DNA of 59,233 nt from an uncultured Candidatus Saccharibacteria bacterium (GTDB taxonomy: Bacteria > Patescibacteriota > Minisyncoccia > Phycocordibacterales > UBA918). Shown here piece by piece: positions 44,539 to 54,326 of the stretch; positions within the stretch are counted from its first letter, which is position 1; each line of letters opens with the position of its first letter. Both the position numbers and the translations under genes were made by a program. The stretch lies in NCBI GenBank assembly GCA_964352875.1, contig CAYGTP010000001.1:31471-90703 (forward strand), read 5' to 3'. The notes beneath the pieces were generated by a model. That model was not told the origin of the DNA and ran no database searches. It saw nothing but the letters and a program-made list of their open reading frames with translations.

Positions 44539-45723
44539 ATGTATCAACCTTTTCACACAAACCTGACAGACGACTTGGCAGCTATAACTGCTGCTGGTAC
44601 GTACAAACACGAACATGTGATGGAGTCACCACAAGGTCGGACGGTTACGGTGAATGGCAAGGAGTATCTGAATTTCTGCGCGAACAATTATCTTGGTTTG
44701 GCTGGAACAAAGTTGCTCGAAGAAGAGGCTGATCGGGTATTGAAAGAGTGGGGGTATGGGCTCGCTTCGGTCCGGTTTATCTGTGGGACCCAATCGATTC
44801 ACAAAGAACTAGAACGTAAAGTCGCGAATGTACTTGGTACCGAAGATGCAGTTTTGTACTCGTCTTGCTACATGGCGAATATTGGACTGATGCAGACTTT
44901 CTTTACCGCGGATGATGCGATTATTAGTGACAGTCTCAACCATGCGTCAATTATTGACGGGGTACGACTCACCAAAGCAGACCGTCATATTTATGATCAC
45001 CTTGACATGGCGTCACTCGAAGAAAAGTTGCAAGCAACCCAGGATAAGCGGTATCGGTTGATTGCGACCGACGGCGTGTTTTCGATGGATGGGCACATTG
45101 CTCCACTTAAAGAAATTGTAGCGTTGGCTAAGAAATATAACGCACTTATTTATGTTGACGATGCTCATGCCACTGGGGTTATGGGCGCAACTGGTCGTGG
45201 TACCGCCGAAGCCGAAGGGGTACTGGGTGAAATAGATTTTATTACTTGTACGTTTGGTAAAGCCCTTGGAGGAGCTGGAGGTGCGGCCATCGGTACGTCA
45301 GCCAAAGCCGCTGATTTTTTGCGGCAAAAGTCTCGTAGCTACCTGTTTTCCAATAGCCTCGATACGGTGATTACTGGCCTGTCTATTTTTGTTATTGACT
45401 ATCTGCAAACTCATCCAGAATTACTCGAGCGACTATGGGCCAACACCAGTTCATTTCGAACGCAAATGAAAGCTGCTGGATTCCAAGTGTCCGATGCTCC
45501 ACACCCAATTACTCCAATAATGTTAGGAGACGAGCAACGCACCACCGACATGGCCGCCGCGCTATTTACAGAAGGTATCTACGCAGTTGGATTTAGTTAT
45601 CCGGTAGTACCACCAGGCTCTGCGCGCATTCGGGTACAGATTTCAGCAGCGCACACCCCAGAAGACATTGACCATGCAGTAGCTGTCTTTACAAAAGTAG
45701 GCCAGCAGTTCGGTGCTATCTAA
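44539..45723 (+). CDS. kbl: 2-amino-3-ketobutyrate CoA ligase (glycine C-acetyltransferase)
   Basis: NNYLGL, DDAHATG and the PLP-lysine context TFGKALGG are present. Confidence 0.9.
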   Translation: MYQPFHTNLTDDLAAITAAGTYKHEHVMESPQGRTVTVNGKEYLNFCANNYLGLAGTKLLEEEADRVLKEWGYGLASVRFICGTQSIHKELERKVANVLGTEDAVLYSSCYMANIGLMQTFFTADDAIISDSLNHASIIDGVRLTKADRHIYDHLDMASLEEKLQATQDKRYRLIATDGVFSMDGHIAPLKEIVALAKKYNALIYVDDAHATGVMGATGRGTAEAEGVLGEIDFITCTFGKALGGAGGAAIGTSAKAADFLRQKSRSYLFSNSLDTVITGLSIFVIDYLQTHPELLERLWANTSSFRTQMKAAGFQVSDAPHPITPIMLGDEQRTTDMAAALFTEGIYAVGFSYPVVPPGSARIRVQISAAHTPEDIDHAVAVFTKVGQQFGAI

Positions 45724-45785
45724 AGACCATATGGTCTGATCTTGCTATTTCCCAATCAACCTGCAGGCGGTATGATAAACAGAGT

Positions 45786-46232
45786 ATGTGGATGTCACGA
45801 AACAAGCAACCAAAGATTCTGATTGTTGAGGACGATGTAAATAATCATCCGGTGTATCGTGATGCGTTTACGAACGCTGGTTTTGTAGTGATGATTAGCG
45901 ATACTGCCGACGGAGACTTTGTGAGCTCTGTGACCGGCTTTGCACCTGACCTTATCTCGATGGATTTGATGATAGGGAAGCATGGACAACCAGCCGAACG
46001 GGACGGCTTTGATGCTATTACACTGCTGAAGCAAGATGAGCGGACTGCTAATATTCCGATCATTATTCTGACCAACTTTTTCCAAGAAGCAAATCTCAGT
46101 CGGGCTCATGAGTTGGGCGTCGTCGATTACGTCACTATCCAAGGTCAGACCATTACTCAAATTGCCAAACGCTTTCGGCAATATGCAGATAACCCCAAGC
46201 GCTATATGCCACTCAGAGAAGAGTTTGCTTAG
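45786..46232 (+). CDS. stand-alone response regulator receiver protein
   Basis: KILIVEDD...DLISMDLMI is CheY-like. Confidence 0.75.
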   Translation: MWMSRNKQPKILIVEDDVNNHPVYRDAFTNAGFVVMISDTADGDFVSSVTGFAPDLISMDLMIGKHGQPAERDGFDAITLLKQDERTANIPIIILTNFFQEANLSRAHELGVVDYVTIQGQTITQIAKRFRQYADNPKRYMPLREEFA

Positions 46233-46254
46233 TAGTTGAAAAACAGAACCTTAC

Positions 46255-46992
46255 CTATTCGTTAGTCATTTTGCGTAGTTGCTGCCAGGTACGAATATCA
46301 GCCCAGGTGACGCTGCCGTCACCATTAAAATCATACTTTGGGTTGGTGCTTCCCAGCGCAAACAGCAGCACGCCAGTATCTTGAAAACTGAGCTTCCCGT
46401 CGCCGTTGACGTCAAGCGGCGGCGCGTCTGCTACGATGACCACTCGTTCCATCGGGGCTTCTTGCAGTGGTATGGCAAATGGTGTGGTATCTACAGAAAT
46501 AAGCGTGTCTAGTGGTTTGGTCAATTCCACATCGCTCCCCAAACCATCATGCGCCAAGACCCGCACATTGCGCAATTGGAGGGCAGCATCGCCGGCAGCT
46601 TTCGCTTGCATAGTGACCTGGACTAGTTCACCAACACCAGAAAATCCTCCCGCTTGCGTCGTTCCACCAGCAAAGTAGATGGTATTTTTATCTCGGTTAT
46701 ACCACGGTTCTTCAACCCAGAGATTAGCAATAGACGTGTTGTAGCTAATGTTGGTAACAAAAAAGTAATCAGTATCAAACACCAGCTCACCAACGAAGGT
46801 GTTCACCGGCACGTTACTTTCCGCCATAATGGTAAACGTAATTGTTTCTCCTACTCCCACGGATGGTAACTCAGGTACAACATAGAGAGACGCAGTAGGG
46901 GAGCTATCGCTCGTGATTACTGACGCAGCTAATGTTCCAATGAGAATACTCACCGTCACTAGTATCGCTCGATAAGAAAATAAGTAGCCCAT
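46255..46992 (-). CDS. cohesin-like domain protein with C-terminal dockerin-type (EF-hand) repeats
   Basis: A signal or anchor and a cohesin-like beta domain precede DVNGDGKLSFQD and DFNGDGSVTWAD. Confidence 0.7.
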   Translation of the reverse strand: MGYLFSYRAILVTVSILIGTLAASVITSDSSPTASLYVVPELPSVGVGETITFTIMAESNVPVNTFVGELVFDTDYFFVTNISYNTSIANLWVEEPWYNRDKNTIYFAGGTTQAGGFSGVGELVQVTMQAKAAGDAALQLRNVRVLAHDGLGSDVELTKPLDTLISVDTTPFAIPLQEAPMERVVIVADAPPLDVNGDGKLSFQDTGVLLFALGSTNPKYDFNGDGSVTWADIRTWQQLRKMTNE

Positions 46993-47092
46993 GTATCAAT
47001 TTCTAGTATGACATACCGATACCAAGAAATAAATGCCATGCCGTTTGGTTGCTGGTCAAGGGTGGAAAAAATTAAATAAAGCAGTGTACAAA

Positions 47093-47118
47093 TTTTCTTA
47101 CGGTAGGTTGATTTGTAG
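47093..47118 (+). repeat. cassette junction repeat A, copy 0 (degenerate)
   Basis: The core of ttttcttacGGTaGGTTGATTTGTAG is 16/17 identical to the core of copy 1. Confidence 0.6.
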
Positions 47119-47138
47119 TAGTAATAAACTTCACAAAA

Positions 47139-47157
47139 GTATATACAAAGTATATAC
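47139..47157 (+). promoter_or_regulatory. candidate mazEF operator
   Basis: Two self-palindromic GTATATAC boxes, 3 nt apart, lie just upstream of mazE. Confidence 0.5.
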
Positions 47158-47164
47158 TATTGTT

Positions 47165-47404
47165 ATGAAAACAAAGATTCAAAAGTGGGGCAATAGCCTA
47201 GGAGTTCGTTTGCCAAAGAGTATTGCTGAACAAAAGTCTCTGCGAGAAGGTTTAGGTGTTTCAGTTATTTTAAAAAATAATCAAATTGTGCTTGAGCCTG
47301 AGAATGAAGCACCCTCACTGGACGCTTTGTTGGCGGAAATCAGTCCTGATAATCTTCACAATGAGTCAGAGTGGTCTGATGCTCGTGGTAATGAAATATG
47401 GTAG
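47165..47404 (+). CDS. mazE: MazE/AbrB-type antitoxin
   Basis: MKTKIQKWGNSLGVRLPKSI is typical. It overlaps mazF by 7 nt. Confidence 0.85.
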   Translation: MKTKIQKWGNSLGVRLPKSIAEQKSLREGLGVSVILKNNQIVLEPENEAPSLDALLAEISPDNLHNESEWSDARGNEIW

Positions 47405-47745
47405 CGAAAACGTACATACCTGACAAAGGTGATTTGGTGTGGATTGATTTGAATCCAGCGAAAGGCAGGGAGCAGGCAAAAGTACGGCCAGCTATCGTCG
47501 TGTCACCAAAAAACTATAATCAAAAGACAAGTCTGGCATTGATGTGTCCAATCACGTCAGTACAGAAAGGATATCCATTTGAAGTCCAAGTAAAAGACAA
47601 AAAGATAACCGGAGTCATTTTAGCCGATCATGTTAGATCACTAGATTGGAAAGCTAGGAATGTAACGTTTATTGCGAGGGCAAAGTCAAAGGTAATACAA
47701 GAAACACAATCGAAGTTACTTTTACTTATCGGAGGCACTAAATAA
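47398..47745 (+). CDS. mazF: MazF/PemK-family endoribonuclease toxin
   Basis: YIPDKGDLVWIDLNPAKGREQAKVRPAIVVS is typical. Confidence 0.9.
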   Translation: MVAKTYIPDKGDLVWIDLNPAKGREQAKVRPAIVVSPKNYNQKTSLALMCPITSVQKGYPFEVQVKDKKITGVILADHVRSLDWKARNVTFIARAKSKVIQETQSKLLLLIGGTK

Positions 47746-47763
47746 AGCATTAGAATATCTTAT

Positions 47764-47786
47764 TTTTGAAGGTGGTTGATTTGTAG
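47764..47786 (+). repeat. cassette junction repeat A, copy 1
   Basis: ttttGAAGGTGGTTGATTTGTag ends 5 nt from the stop of the CPBP gene. Confidence 0.8.
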
Positions 47787-47791
47787 AGATG

Positions 47792-48532
47792 CTAAATAAC
47801 CTTCGAAAGAGTTTGTATGAAAATATCTGCCGTAAAGTGAGACACCATAGCGTATTCCAATCCATGTTTCCAGTATAGATAGCCAAATACTACTCCACCA
47901 ATACTATTTAAAAGTACTGTCCGCACAATAATAAGTGGTGTCAGATCTACCAAGGCTTCCATAGCAGGAAGGTGCAGTATTCCAAAGAGAATGGCTGTGC
48001 TGAGGATTGCTGAATACATTACCCAGGATGAGCTCGTTTTAAAGAGTTTGAAAAGCATCCAAGCCACGAGTGACATGAGAAAATATCGCATGATGAGCTC
48101 CTCAGTAATTCCTCCGTAAAATGAAGCGAGGAGTCCTTGCCAGAGGGGTGTCGTGGTAAGTGTGCCAAGTACTGGGATGAGGGAGGTGAAGATAAATTCG
48201 AGAGCCAGAATCGCTGCAGCGACCAGGAGGCCGCTCAGGATTGCTACTTTGCACAAGTGTTTGGCTTGGGGTACTGGTCGGCCGGTCATATAGCTGTCAA
48301 TTAGTGGTGTCTGCAGACCGACCTTGGTGGACAGTTTGATGCCAAAAAACACGACGATTGCCACCAGTATGCTTGATTGTGTGAGCGACAAAAGAATTAA
48401 AGCGGGCAGGGGTATTAGTGCCTCGGCTAGCGCTGCTGCTTGCAGTGAGAGTGCATACGGCATCACTGCTGCTACGCCGATAATTCCCAGTCCCCACAAC
48501 AACGTAAATTTCTTTACTAGTATTTTGTCCAT
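47792..48532 (-). CDS. CPBP-family intramembrane glutamic endopeptidase (CAAX protease-like)
   Basis: GGITEELIMRYF and FGILH are present. Confidence 0.85.
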   Translation of the reverse strand: MDKILVKKFTLLWGLGIIGVAAVMPYALSLQAAALAEALIPLPALILLSLTQSSILVAIVVFFGIKLSTKVGLQTPLIDSYMTGRPVPQAKHLCKVAILSGLLVAAAILALEFIFTSLIPVLGTLTTTPLWQGLLASFYGGITEELIMRYFLMSLVAWMLFKLFKTSSSWVMYSAILSTAILFGILHLPAMEALVDLTPLIIVRTVLLNSIGGVVFGYLYWKHGLEYAMVSHFTADIFIQTLSKVI

Positions 48533-48617
48533 AGGTTTTTAGTATAGCAAGATACGGGACCATACTTGACTAGAAAGGTACCTTGCATTGCAAAGTACTA
48601 TATGCTACGATATTGGC

Positions 48618-48980
48618 ATGAGTGATGAAAAAGCCGCATACAATATAGAAAACGCAAAGTCGCAGATGCGTAAAGGGTTTCTTGAATTCCCAGTCCTCTT
48701 AATTGTGGGAGCAAAAGCGACGTACGCACCGGACATTTTAAAACAGCTTAAAAACGCCAACCTGCTCGTGGTGGAGGGGACATTGTACCCGCTCCTCTCA
48801 CGTCTGAAGCGTATGGGTTTGGTGGAGTATGAATGGCAGGAAAGCAAAAGCGGTCCGCCCCGCAAGATGTACGCCATCACCAAAGACGGCAAAACCGTCT
48901 TGCAACAATTAGAAGCCTCGTGGAAGTCGCTCGACACCTCAGTAAACACCTTAATCAAACACTATGAAAAAAGTAATTAA
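48618..48980 (+). CDS. PadR-family transcriptional regulator
   Basis: GTLYPLLSRLKRMGLVEYEWQES...PRKMYAITKDG is typical. Confidence 0.85.
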   Translation: MSDEKAAYNIENAKSQMRKGFLEFPVLLIVGAKATYAPDILKQLKNANLLVVEGTLYPLLSRLKRMGLVEYEWQESKSGPPRKMYAITKDGKTVLQQLEASWKSLDTSVNTLIKHYEKSN

Positions 48981-50208
48981 TATCACCCTCGGTAGTATCG
49001 TCTTTGCAATTGAGCAAGACGCGTATGACGCATTGGCGCTGTATCTAGAAGGAATAAAAAACAACCTTAGTCTGAGCGATGACGCCAATGAAATCATTAG
49101 TGATATTGAAAGTGCAATTGCTGAGAAATTTATTGCCCGCAAACGGGGAGAAAAAAACGCTGTAACTGTGGTTGATGTTGACGCAGTAATCGCTGAAATG
49201 GGTAGCCCGACTGATTTTGGTGAAGGTGCAGATGAGGGAGCGACCCAGGCTGAAGCGACCACGACCAAAGAGGGTGTTGACTCAAAGAAACGGTTGTACC
49301 GGGACTCGGAAGACGCCGTGGTCGCTGGTGTGGCCGCGGGTATTGCAAATTACTTCAACATTGATCCGGTGATTGTTCGCCTTATCTTTGTTGTTTCTGT
49401 CTTCTTTAATGGGTTGGGTGTGCTGGTGTACCTAATCTTTTGGTTAATAGTTCCGGCTGCAAAGACCACCGCTGAGAAATATGCCATGCGCGGTGAATCG
49501 GTGACCGTCGAGCAGATAACCGAGCGAGTGAAAAAAAAACTAGATGCGGTTGATACTGACGCCTTAAAAAATAGCGCTCGCAATACCTGGGGCGGTATGC
49601 GTCCAGTGTTCGTTAAGTTGTTTGACGTACTCGGGACGCTGGTGCGGTCTCTTGGTACTGTCTTTCGGTATATTATTGGCGTAGCGTTTCTTATCGGCGG
49701 CGCGGTTTCTTTGGCGGCACTAGTTTCGACGTATAGTATCGTCCTGCTTTCGGATAAGACATTTATTCCGGCTGACGCGCAAACAGCGTTAGACATCATG
49801 CTTGGTAGCAGCTTGGGTATCGTGGCAATTTCTTCGTCGTTTGTCATGGTTGGTATTCCGTTTTTACTGTTGGTCATGCTTGGAGGAAGCTTGATTGCGA
49901 AGCGAAATTTATTTACTGCAACCAAGAGTATTGCGCTGGCAGTTGTTTGGATTGTGGCGGTGGTATTGGCTGGGACGAGTTCCATCTTGCAAGTCGAAAA
50001 AGTGATGCAAGAACTCGACCCAGAAGGGTATAGCAATGGTCAGTACCAAGTACATGTTAATACTGCCAATGATTGGGCAGAATTCGAAGCCGACTTTCGA
50101 CCGATTGAGGAAGGTGCACCAGGGGCTCCTCCGACAGACACCCCGCTGGAGTTGCCTGAAGGTGACTGGGTAGAAGGCTCACTGCCGGATATCGAGGTAT
50201 CAGATTAG
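48964..50208 (+). CDS. PspC-domain membrane protein
   Basis: RLYRDSEDAVVAGVAAGIANYFNIDPVIVRLIFV is a PspC sequence. It overlaps padR by 17 nt. Confidence 0.8.
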   Translation: MKKVINITLGSIVFAIEQDAYDALALYLEGIKNNLSLSDDANEIISDIESAIAEKFIARKRGEKNAVTVVDVDAVIAEMGSPTDFGEGADEGATQAEATTTKEGVDSKKRLYRDSEDAVVAGVAAGIANYFNIDPVIVRLIFVVSVFFNGLGVLVYLIFWLIVPAAKTTAEKYAMRGESVTVEQITERVKKKLDAVDTDALKNSARNTWGGMRPVFVKLFDVLGTLVRSLGTVFRYIIGVAFLIGGAVSLAALVSTYSIVLLSDKTFIPADAQTALDIMLGSSLGIVAISSSFVMVGIPFLLLVMLGGSLIAKRNLFTATKSIALAVVWIVAVVLAGTSSILQVEKVMQELDPEGYSNGQYQVHVNTANDWAEFEADFRPIEEGAPGAPPTDTPLELPEGDWVEGSLPDIEVSD

Positions 50209-50226
50209 CTACTACGTGCACAGACG

Positions 50227-50272
50227 AAATAAATACCACAATTAATTTCGAAATTAATTGTGGTATTTATTT
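50227..50272. repeat. 46-nt perfect palindrome containing copy 2 of the 36-nt palindrome
   Basis: The core of aaataaataccacaattaatttc|gaaattaattgtggtatttattt (50232-50267) is identical to 17649-17684. It also lies between convergent genes. Confidence 0.9.
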
Positions 50273-50306
50273 TCTGAAGCAAGAAGCTTGGGGCAGGACT
50301 AGTTTG

Positions 50307-50348
50307 TTGAAACGAGTGTGTGAATTTTTAAAGGTGGTTGATTTGTGG
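50307..50348 (+). repeat. cassette junction repeat A, copy 2
   Basis: ttgaaacgagtgtgtgaattttTAAAGGTGGTTGATTTGTGG lies 35 nt beyond the stop of the IMPase gene. Confidence 0.8.
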
Positions 50349-50383
50349 TGAGTGAAAGTGGACTCCACCGCAGCTCTTTGGTT

Positions 50384-51163
50384 TTAAACCATTAACTTCT
50401 CAATACTTTTATCAGAACTAATAAGTTCGTCGTAAACGTTTTGATTAGAAGCTATGAAACTGAGGTTTGTATAATCATATGACTCACTTTTGAAGTTGCG
50501 GACTATACCGCCCGCTTCTTTTACCAGGAGTGCGCCAGCGGCATAATCATAGTCTTTACCAAATCCATCATAGACAATTCGGCCTTCTGTCTTACCGCTT
50601 GCAACTAGAACAAACTCAAATCCTGAGCTTAGAGTTTGACAAAGATTTGCTCTAGAACGAATTGCCGCCAGCACTTCTTTGTTTTCTTCTTTCTTTGAGT
50701 TGATTTCGCAGTGTAGATACGCTTGCTCTAGATTTCTATTACTAACTGATATTTTCTCCTCGTTCTTATATGCTCCTTTACCTAGCTCAGCGTGGTACAT
50801 ATCATCGTTTACGAAGTCGTAAATAAGAGCAAATATAACCTCTCCTTTGTGTATTAAAGCAAGCATAGTGGTGCAAAACGGTATCCCACGAATGAAGTGC
50901 CCTGTTCCATCAATAGGGTCACTGAGCCAGAAGGTTTCACCGTCACGGTCACCACCAAATTCTTCACCAACGAATGGCACATCAGGTAATAGTGTTGCCA
51001 AATCTTCCTTCAGTTGTTGTTCAACCCGTTGGTCAATTTCTGTTACTGCGTCAGTGGAAGACGCACTTTTGTATTCCTTTACTTCAATGTTTCCAAAATG
51101 CGGCAGTGTTAAGTCTCGTGTCTTTTTGACAGCATCAATAATATCTTTAGTTGGTAATTCCAT
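50384..51163 (-). CDS. inositol monophosphatase family phosphatase
   Basis: WLSDPIDGTGHFIRGIP and the fold-typical layout are present. Confidence 0.85.
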   Translation of the reverse strand: MELPTKDIIDAVKKTRDLTLPHFGNIEVKEYKSASSTDAVTEIDQRVEQQLKEDLATLLPDVPFVGEEFGGDRDGETFWLSDPIDGTGHFIRGIPFCTTMLALIHKGEVIFALIYDFVNDDMYHAELGKGAYKNEEKISVSNRNLEQAYLHCEINSKKEENKEVLAAIRSRANLCQTLSSGFEFVLVASGKTEGRIVYDGFGKDYDYAAGALLVKEAGGIVRNFKSESYDYTNLSFIASNQNVYDELISSDKSIEKLMV

Positions 51164-51175
51164 AATTAATTAGTT

Positions 51176-51607
51176 TTAAACTTCACGTTCAATTTCAGAG
51201 AAGTACGAACCTTCTCTCATTTGTTTGAATAATCGTTGTAGTTGTGGAGTCACATCTTTTGGTATGGCGTCTTTATCAATCCATATTGCTTCGCTTGCAA
51301 GGTCAGGTTCACCTAGTGTTGGTTCGCCGGTCCACTTTTTAGCTTTAAAGTAGAAATTAGTATATTCGTCACGTAGGTAGTCAACGTGCACAAATTCTAA
51401 ATCTTCAGTTTTTACATCAACACCAGCTTCCTCCTTCACCTCTTTAATTGCTGATTCACGAACTTGATCGCCTTGGTCTACGTGCCCTGCGGGTATTGTA
51501 AGTAATCCATCAGCCCAGCCTGTATTTGCTCTTCGTAGAAAAAAGACTTTGTTGTCTTGTTCTAAAATGACAAAAACTGCGGTTCGAGTTAAATGGCGAT
51601 CTGACAT
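51176..51607 (-). CDS. NUDIX hydrolase
   Basis: The Nudix box GHVDQGDQVRESAIKEVKEEAGV is present. Confidence 0.85.
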   Translation of the reverse strand: MSDRHLTRTAVFVILEQDNKVFFLRRANTGWADGLLTIPAGHVDQGDQVRESAIKEVKEEAGVDVKTEDLEFVHVDYLRDEYTNFYFKAKKWTGEPTLGEPDLASEAIWIDKDAIPKDVTPQLQRLFKQMREGSYFSEIEREV

Positions 51608-51708
51608 AGTTGCTTAGTATACCAAAATAAAGAAGCTTACCTAGGATTGAGTAAACTGCCATATAGCGACTTATGTTTCCATGTTGGGGGCAGTTTACTC
51701 TCGGTCAG

Positions 51709-51763
51709 GACCTCTTTGATTGAAATGGAATACTCTAATTTTTTGAAGGTGGTGGACTTGTGG
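51709..51763 (+). repeat. cassette junction repeat A, copy 3 (extended form)
   Basis: The copy reads gACCTCTttgATTGAAATGGAatactctAATTTTTTGAAGGTGGTgGAcTTGTGG. A 12-bp inverted repeat lies just upstream (51654-65 and 51689-700). Confidence 0.85.
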
Positions 51764-51883
51764 TGATTTAATACCAAGTAAAATATGACACCAGCGTTTA
51801 CTTTGCTAAATAAATCAGTATAGTTCTTTTTGACCACATTTTGTGGCTGAAATGCTCATTTACAACACAGAGAGGTACATGCT

Positions 51884-52807
51884 ATGCCCCAATGGAACGC
51901 AGGAGGAGTAAAGCTCCCACACGGTCCGTATATGATCGGTGCCGGTGTCTGCAAGACACCAGCCACCACTGAGGAGTGGCTTAAGGTCGCTCCGGTCGTA
52001 TCTGGTTCATACACACCGCAGCAGCGCGATGGAAATCCAGGCAAGGTCGTCTGGCCGGACTCCCTCGAAGAAATGCTTCGCATCGGTTACGGACTCAACA
52101 GCTACGGTATGCCCAATGCGGGTTTTGCCGCGGCTGCTACCAGTTTCCTTCAGTCGCAGAAAACTGAGCAACCGCTCATCGTGAGCGTCGCTGGCTTCTC
52201 GGTCGACGACTACGTGCTCGGTGTCAGGACATTTGGCGTTGTTTCGAATGTGACTGCGATTGAGCTCAACTTTGGGTGTCCCAATACCCAAGGCGAGCAT
52301 AATACTATCGTTTCCTTCGATCCTGATACAGTCTGGCAGATCATGCTTGGGATCGGACGTCTGGAGTTGCAAAAACCCATCTGGGTCAAACTGTCTCCGT
52401 ACAGCAACCCCCAAGACCTGCAGCGGATGGCTGAAATACTCAATCACTGCGTCGGTCCTCAACCGTTGGCTGTGGTGACTTGCAATACGTTTCCGAACGC
52501 CTTTGCAGGGGAAGGATTGATCGACCCCAATAGCGGTATGGCTGGTCTCTCAGGACCGGTGATGAAGCCAATCGCGCTCGGACAAGTCAAGCAGTTTCGC
52601 ACGCATCTCGACGAGCAGATCGATATTATCGGCGTTGGTGGTGTCACCACTGGCGACGATGTCGTCGATCTCCTCGAAGCTGGCGCCCAAGCGGTGCAGA
52701 TCACGTCGCTAGCCCACTGGGCTGGTGATCCACGGCGATTCCACCAACATCTACTCATCGGTGAGCGTTCTTCGCGTCTCGTCGAATACCTCACCAACGA
52801 CGCCTGA
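51884..52807 (+). CDS. pyrD: class 1-type dihydroorotate dehydrogenase family protein
   Basis: ELNFGCPNT, GLSGPVMKPIAL and IIGVGGVTTGDD are present. Confidence 0.8.
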   Translation: MPQWNAGGVKLPHGPYMIGAGVCKTPATTEEWLKVAPVVSGSYTPQQRDGNPGKVVWPDSLEEMLRIGYGLNSYGMPNAGFAAAATSFLQSQKTEQPLIVSVAGFSVDDYVLGVRTFGVVSNVTAIELNFGCPNTQGEHNTIVSFDPDTVWQIMLGIGRLELQKPIWVKLSPYSNPQDLQRMAEILNHCVGPQPLAVVTCNTFPNAFAGEGLIDPNSGMAGLSGPVMKPIALGQVKQFRTHLDEQIDIIGVGGVTTGDDVVDLLEAGAQAVQITSLAHWAGDPRRFHQHLLIGERSSRLVEYLTNDA

Positions 52808-52820
52808 AAGGAGGCACTAA

Positions 52821-53957
52821 ATGCAAGTACTACTTCAAAAAGATTCTGAATTTCGGGAGCTTGCCCTTTTCAATCATGAATCGGGTCAAGCAATCGTTTT
52901 CAACAAGGGTCTTGTCGACATCCACTCCCACGGTCGCGACAACAATGCGGTTCTCGGGAATGGAATGACCGACATCCTTGACCATTCGGTGCGTCAATTT
53001 GGCATGGTTCTGCTCATGCCGAACCTGGCTGGTAGGGATGCGCTCATGACCTGGCGAATGGCCATCGACTACTGGGAGCGTGCAACGCGCGCCAGTGGCG
53101 TGAAGCCAGACATGATGCGCATTCTGGTTACGGTCTATCTCAATACTGACCTGACCGAAGATGACATCAAGCGCATCGCCAACGATCCACGGGTCGCCGG
53201 TATCAAGTCCTATCCGGCGCACGGCACTACCGGTGCTGAGCATGGGCTGCGGACCCCGTTTGAAGCGGCAAAGCAGCTCGAGTGGATGGAGAAGTATGGT
53301 GTGCCGCTTCTGGTTCATGGCCAGATGCGGACGCAACTCAACGGCGAGATCCTTGACGAATGGGATCGTGAACCGTATTTCTACACCGAAGTTGCTCCTG
53401 TCCTTGATGATGCTTTCCCGGAACTTCGCATTTCCTACGAGCATCTTTCGACTGGGATTGGCGCACAAACCGTGGCAGAACGGAAGGGACCAACTCAAGG
53501 CACTTTCACCATTCTTCACCTCGGCTACACCCGTACTGACGTGATGGACACCGGTGTTCGCACCGACATGGTGATGAAGCCGATGGTGCAACACGAACGT
53601 GAGCGACCCAAACTCTGGGAAGTTTTTCGGGCAGCACCTGATCGCTTCGCGCTCGGTTCTGACGATGCGTGGCATCCTATAACTGCCAAGCATACCAAAA
53701 ACTGTGCTTGTGGTGGCTGCTATGGCCCCTACCGGGTCGGCTACTACCTCGACGTATTCGAAGAAGCACAAGCGCTAGACCTCTTCGGTCGGTTCGCTTG
53801 CGTCAACGCAGCGCGCTTCTATGGCGTCGAGGTGCCAAAGAAACGCATTGAAATGCGGAAAGGTAACTACACGGTTGCTGAAATGCTGCCGTTTGGCGAC
53901 CACAAGGCGCAGCCACTCCATGCTGGTGAAAAGCGGTTTGGGTGGTACCAAGTCTAA
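52821..53957 (+). CDS. pyrC: class II (E. coli PyrC-type) dihydroorotase homolog
   Basis: The protein is collinear with PyrC landmarks: DIHSHGRD, MPNL, KSYPAHGTTG, PLLVHGQ, YEHLST, GSDDAWH and CGGCYG. Confidence 0.8.
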   Translation: MQVLLQKDSEFRELALFNHESGQAIVFNKGLVDIHSHGRDNNAVLGNGMTDILDHSVRQFGMVLLMPNLAGRDALMTWRMAIDYWERATRASGVKPDMMRILVTVYLNTDLTEDDIKRIANDPRVAGIKSYPAHGTTGAEHGLRTPFEAAKQLEWMEKYGVPLLVHGQMRTQLNGEILDEWDREPYFYTEVAPVLDDAFPELRISYEHLSTGIGAQTVAERKGPTQGTFTILHLGYTRTDVMDTGVRTDMVMKPMVQHERERPKLWEVFRAAPDRFALGSDDAWHPITAKHTKNCACGGCYGPYRVGYYLDVFEEAQALDLFGRFACVNAARFYGVEVPKKRIEMRKGNYTVAEMLPFGDHKAQPLHAGEKRFGWYQV

Positions 53958-53988
53958 GCTGTTCTTTCGGGAAGAAATATCAAGACTC

Positions 53989-54024
53989 AGGGCCTGGCGG
54001 CATGTTCGCCAGGCCTTTAATTTT
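53989..54024 (+). terminator. intrinsic terminator after the pyrC-like gene
   Basis: ggcctggcg pairs with cgccaggcc, followed by tttaatttt. Confidence 0.75.
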
Positions 54025-54037
54025 ATAAATTAATATA

Positions 54038-54139
54038 GAGGTTCTAATTTCCAAACATCTCTCCAAAATACAACAAAACGAGCCTTATAAAATAAGGCTC
54101 GTTTTGCTTCGGATTTGGTGGGAGACTTTGTACCAAGCT
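54038..54139 (+). repeat. junction repeat B, copy X (about 100 nt, with an internal hairpin)
   Basis: The copy gaggttctaatttccaaacatctctccaaaatacaacaaaacgagcc...ggctcgttttgcttcggatttggtgggagactttgtaccaagct is roughly 90% identical to 55450-55550. Confidence 0.85.
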
Positions 54140-54241
54140 GACCTAGAAATTAAGGAGAGCCTGCTCGACTATAATTTCGGAAATACTCTGGTGGTGGACC
54201 TAGAAATTAAGGAGAGCCTGCTCGACTATAATTTCGGAAAT
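54140..54241 (+). repeat. tandem direct repeat (two 45-nt units, 12-nt spacer, 57-nt period)
   Basis: gacctagaaattaaggagagcctgctcgactataatttcggaaat occurs at 54140-54184 and at 54197-54241. It lies inside the insertion that separates B from A in copy X. Confidence 0.9.
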
Positions 54242-54326
54242 TGAATGAAACAACGAGCGTAGCGATTATGTTGAATTTATGTCCCGATTTGTTCTGTCCT
54301 TGGACAAATCGCTGGACGCCTGGTAA

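Noticed and set aside
51637-51837. A 66-aa minus-strand ORF containing junction repeat copy 3, considered as a real gene.
   Set aside because: I did not annotate it as a CDS. It has no ribosome-binding site and half of it is repeat sequence. It is kept only as part of the evidence in the coding-signature finding.
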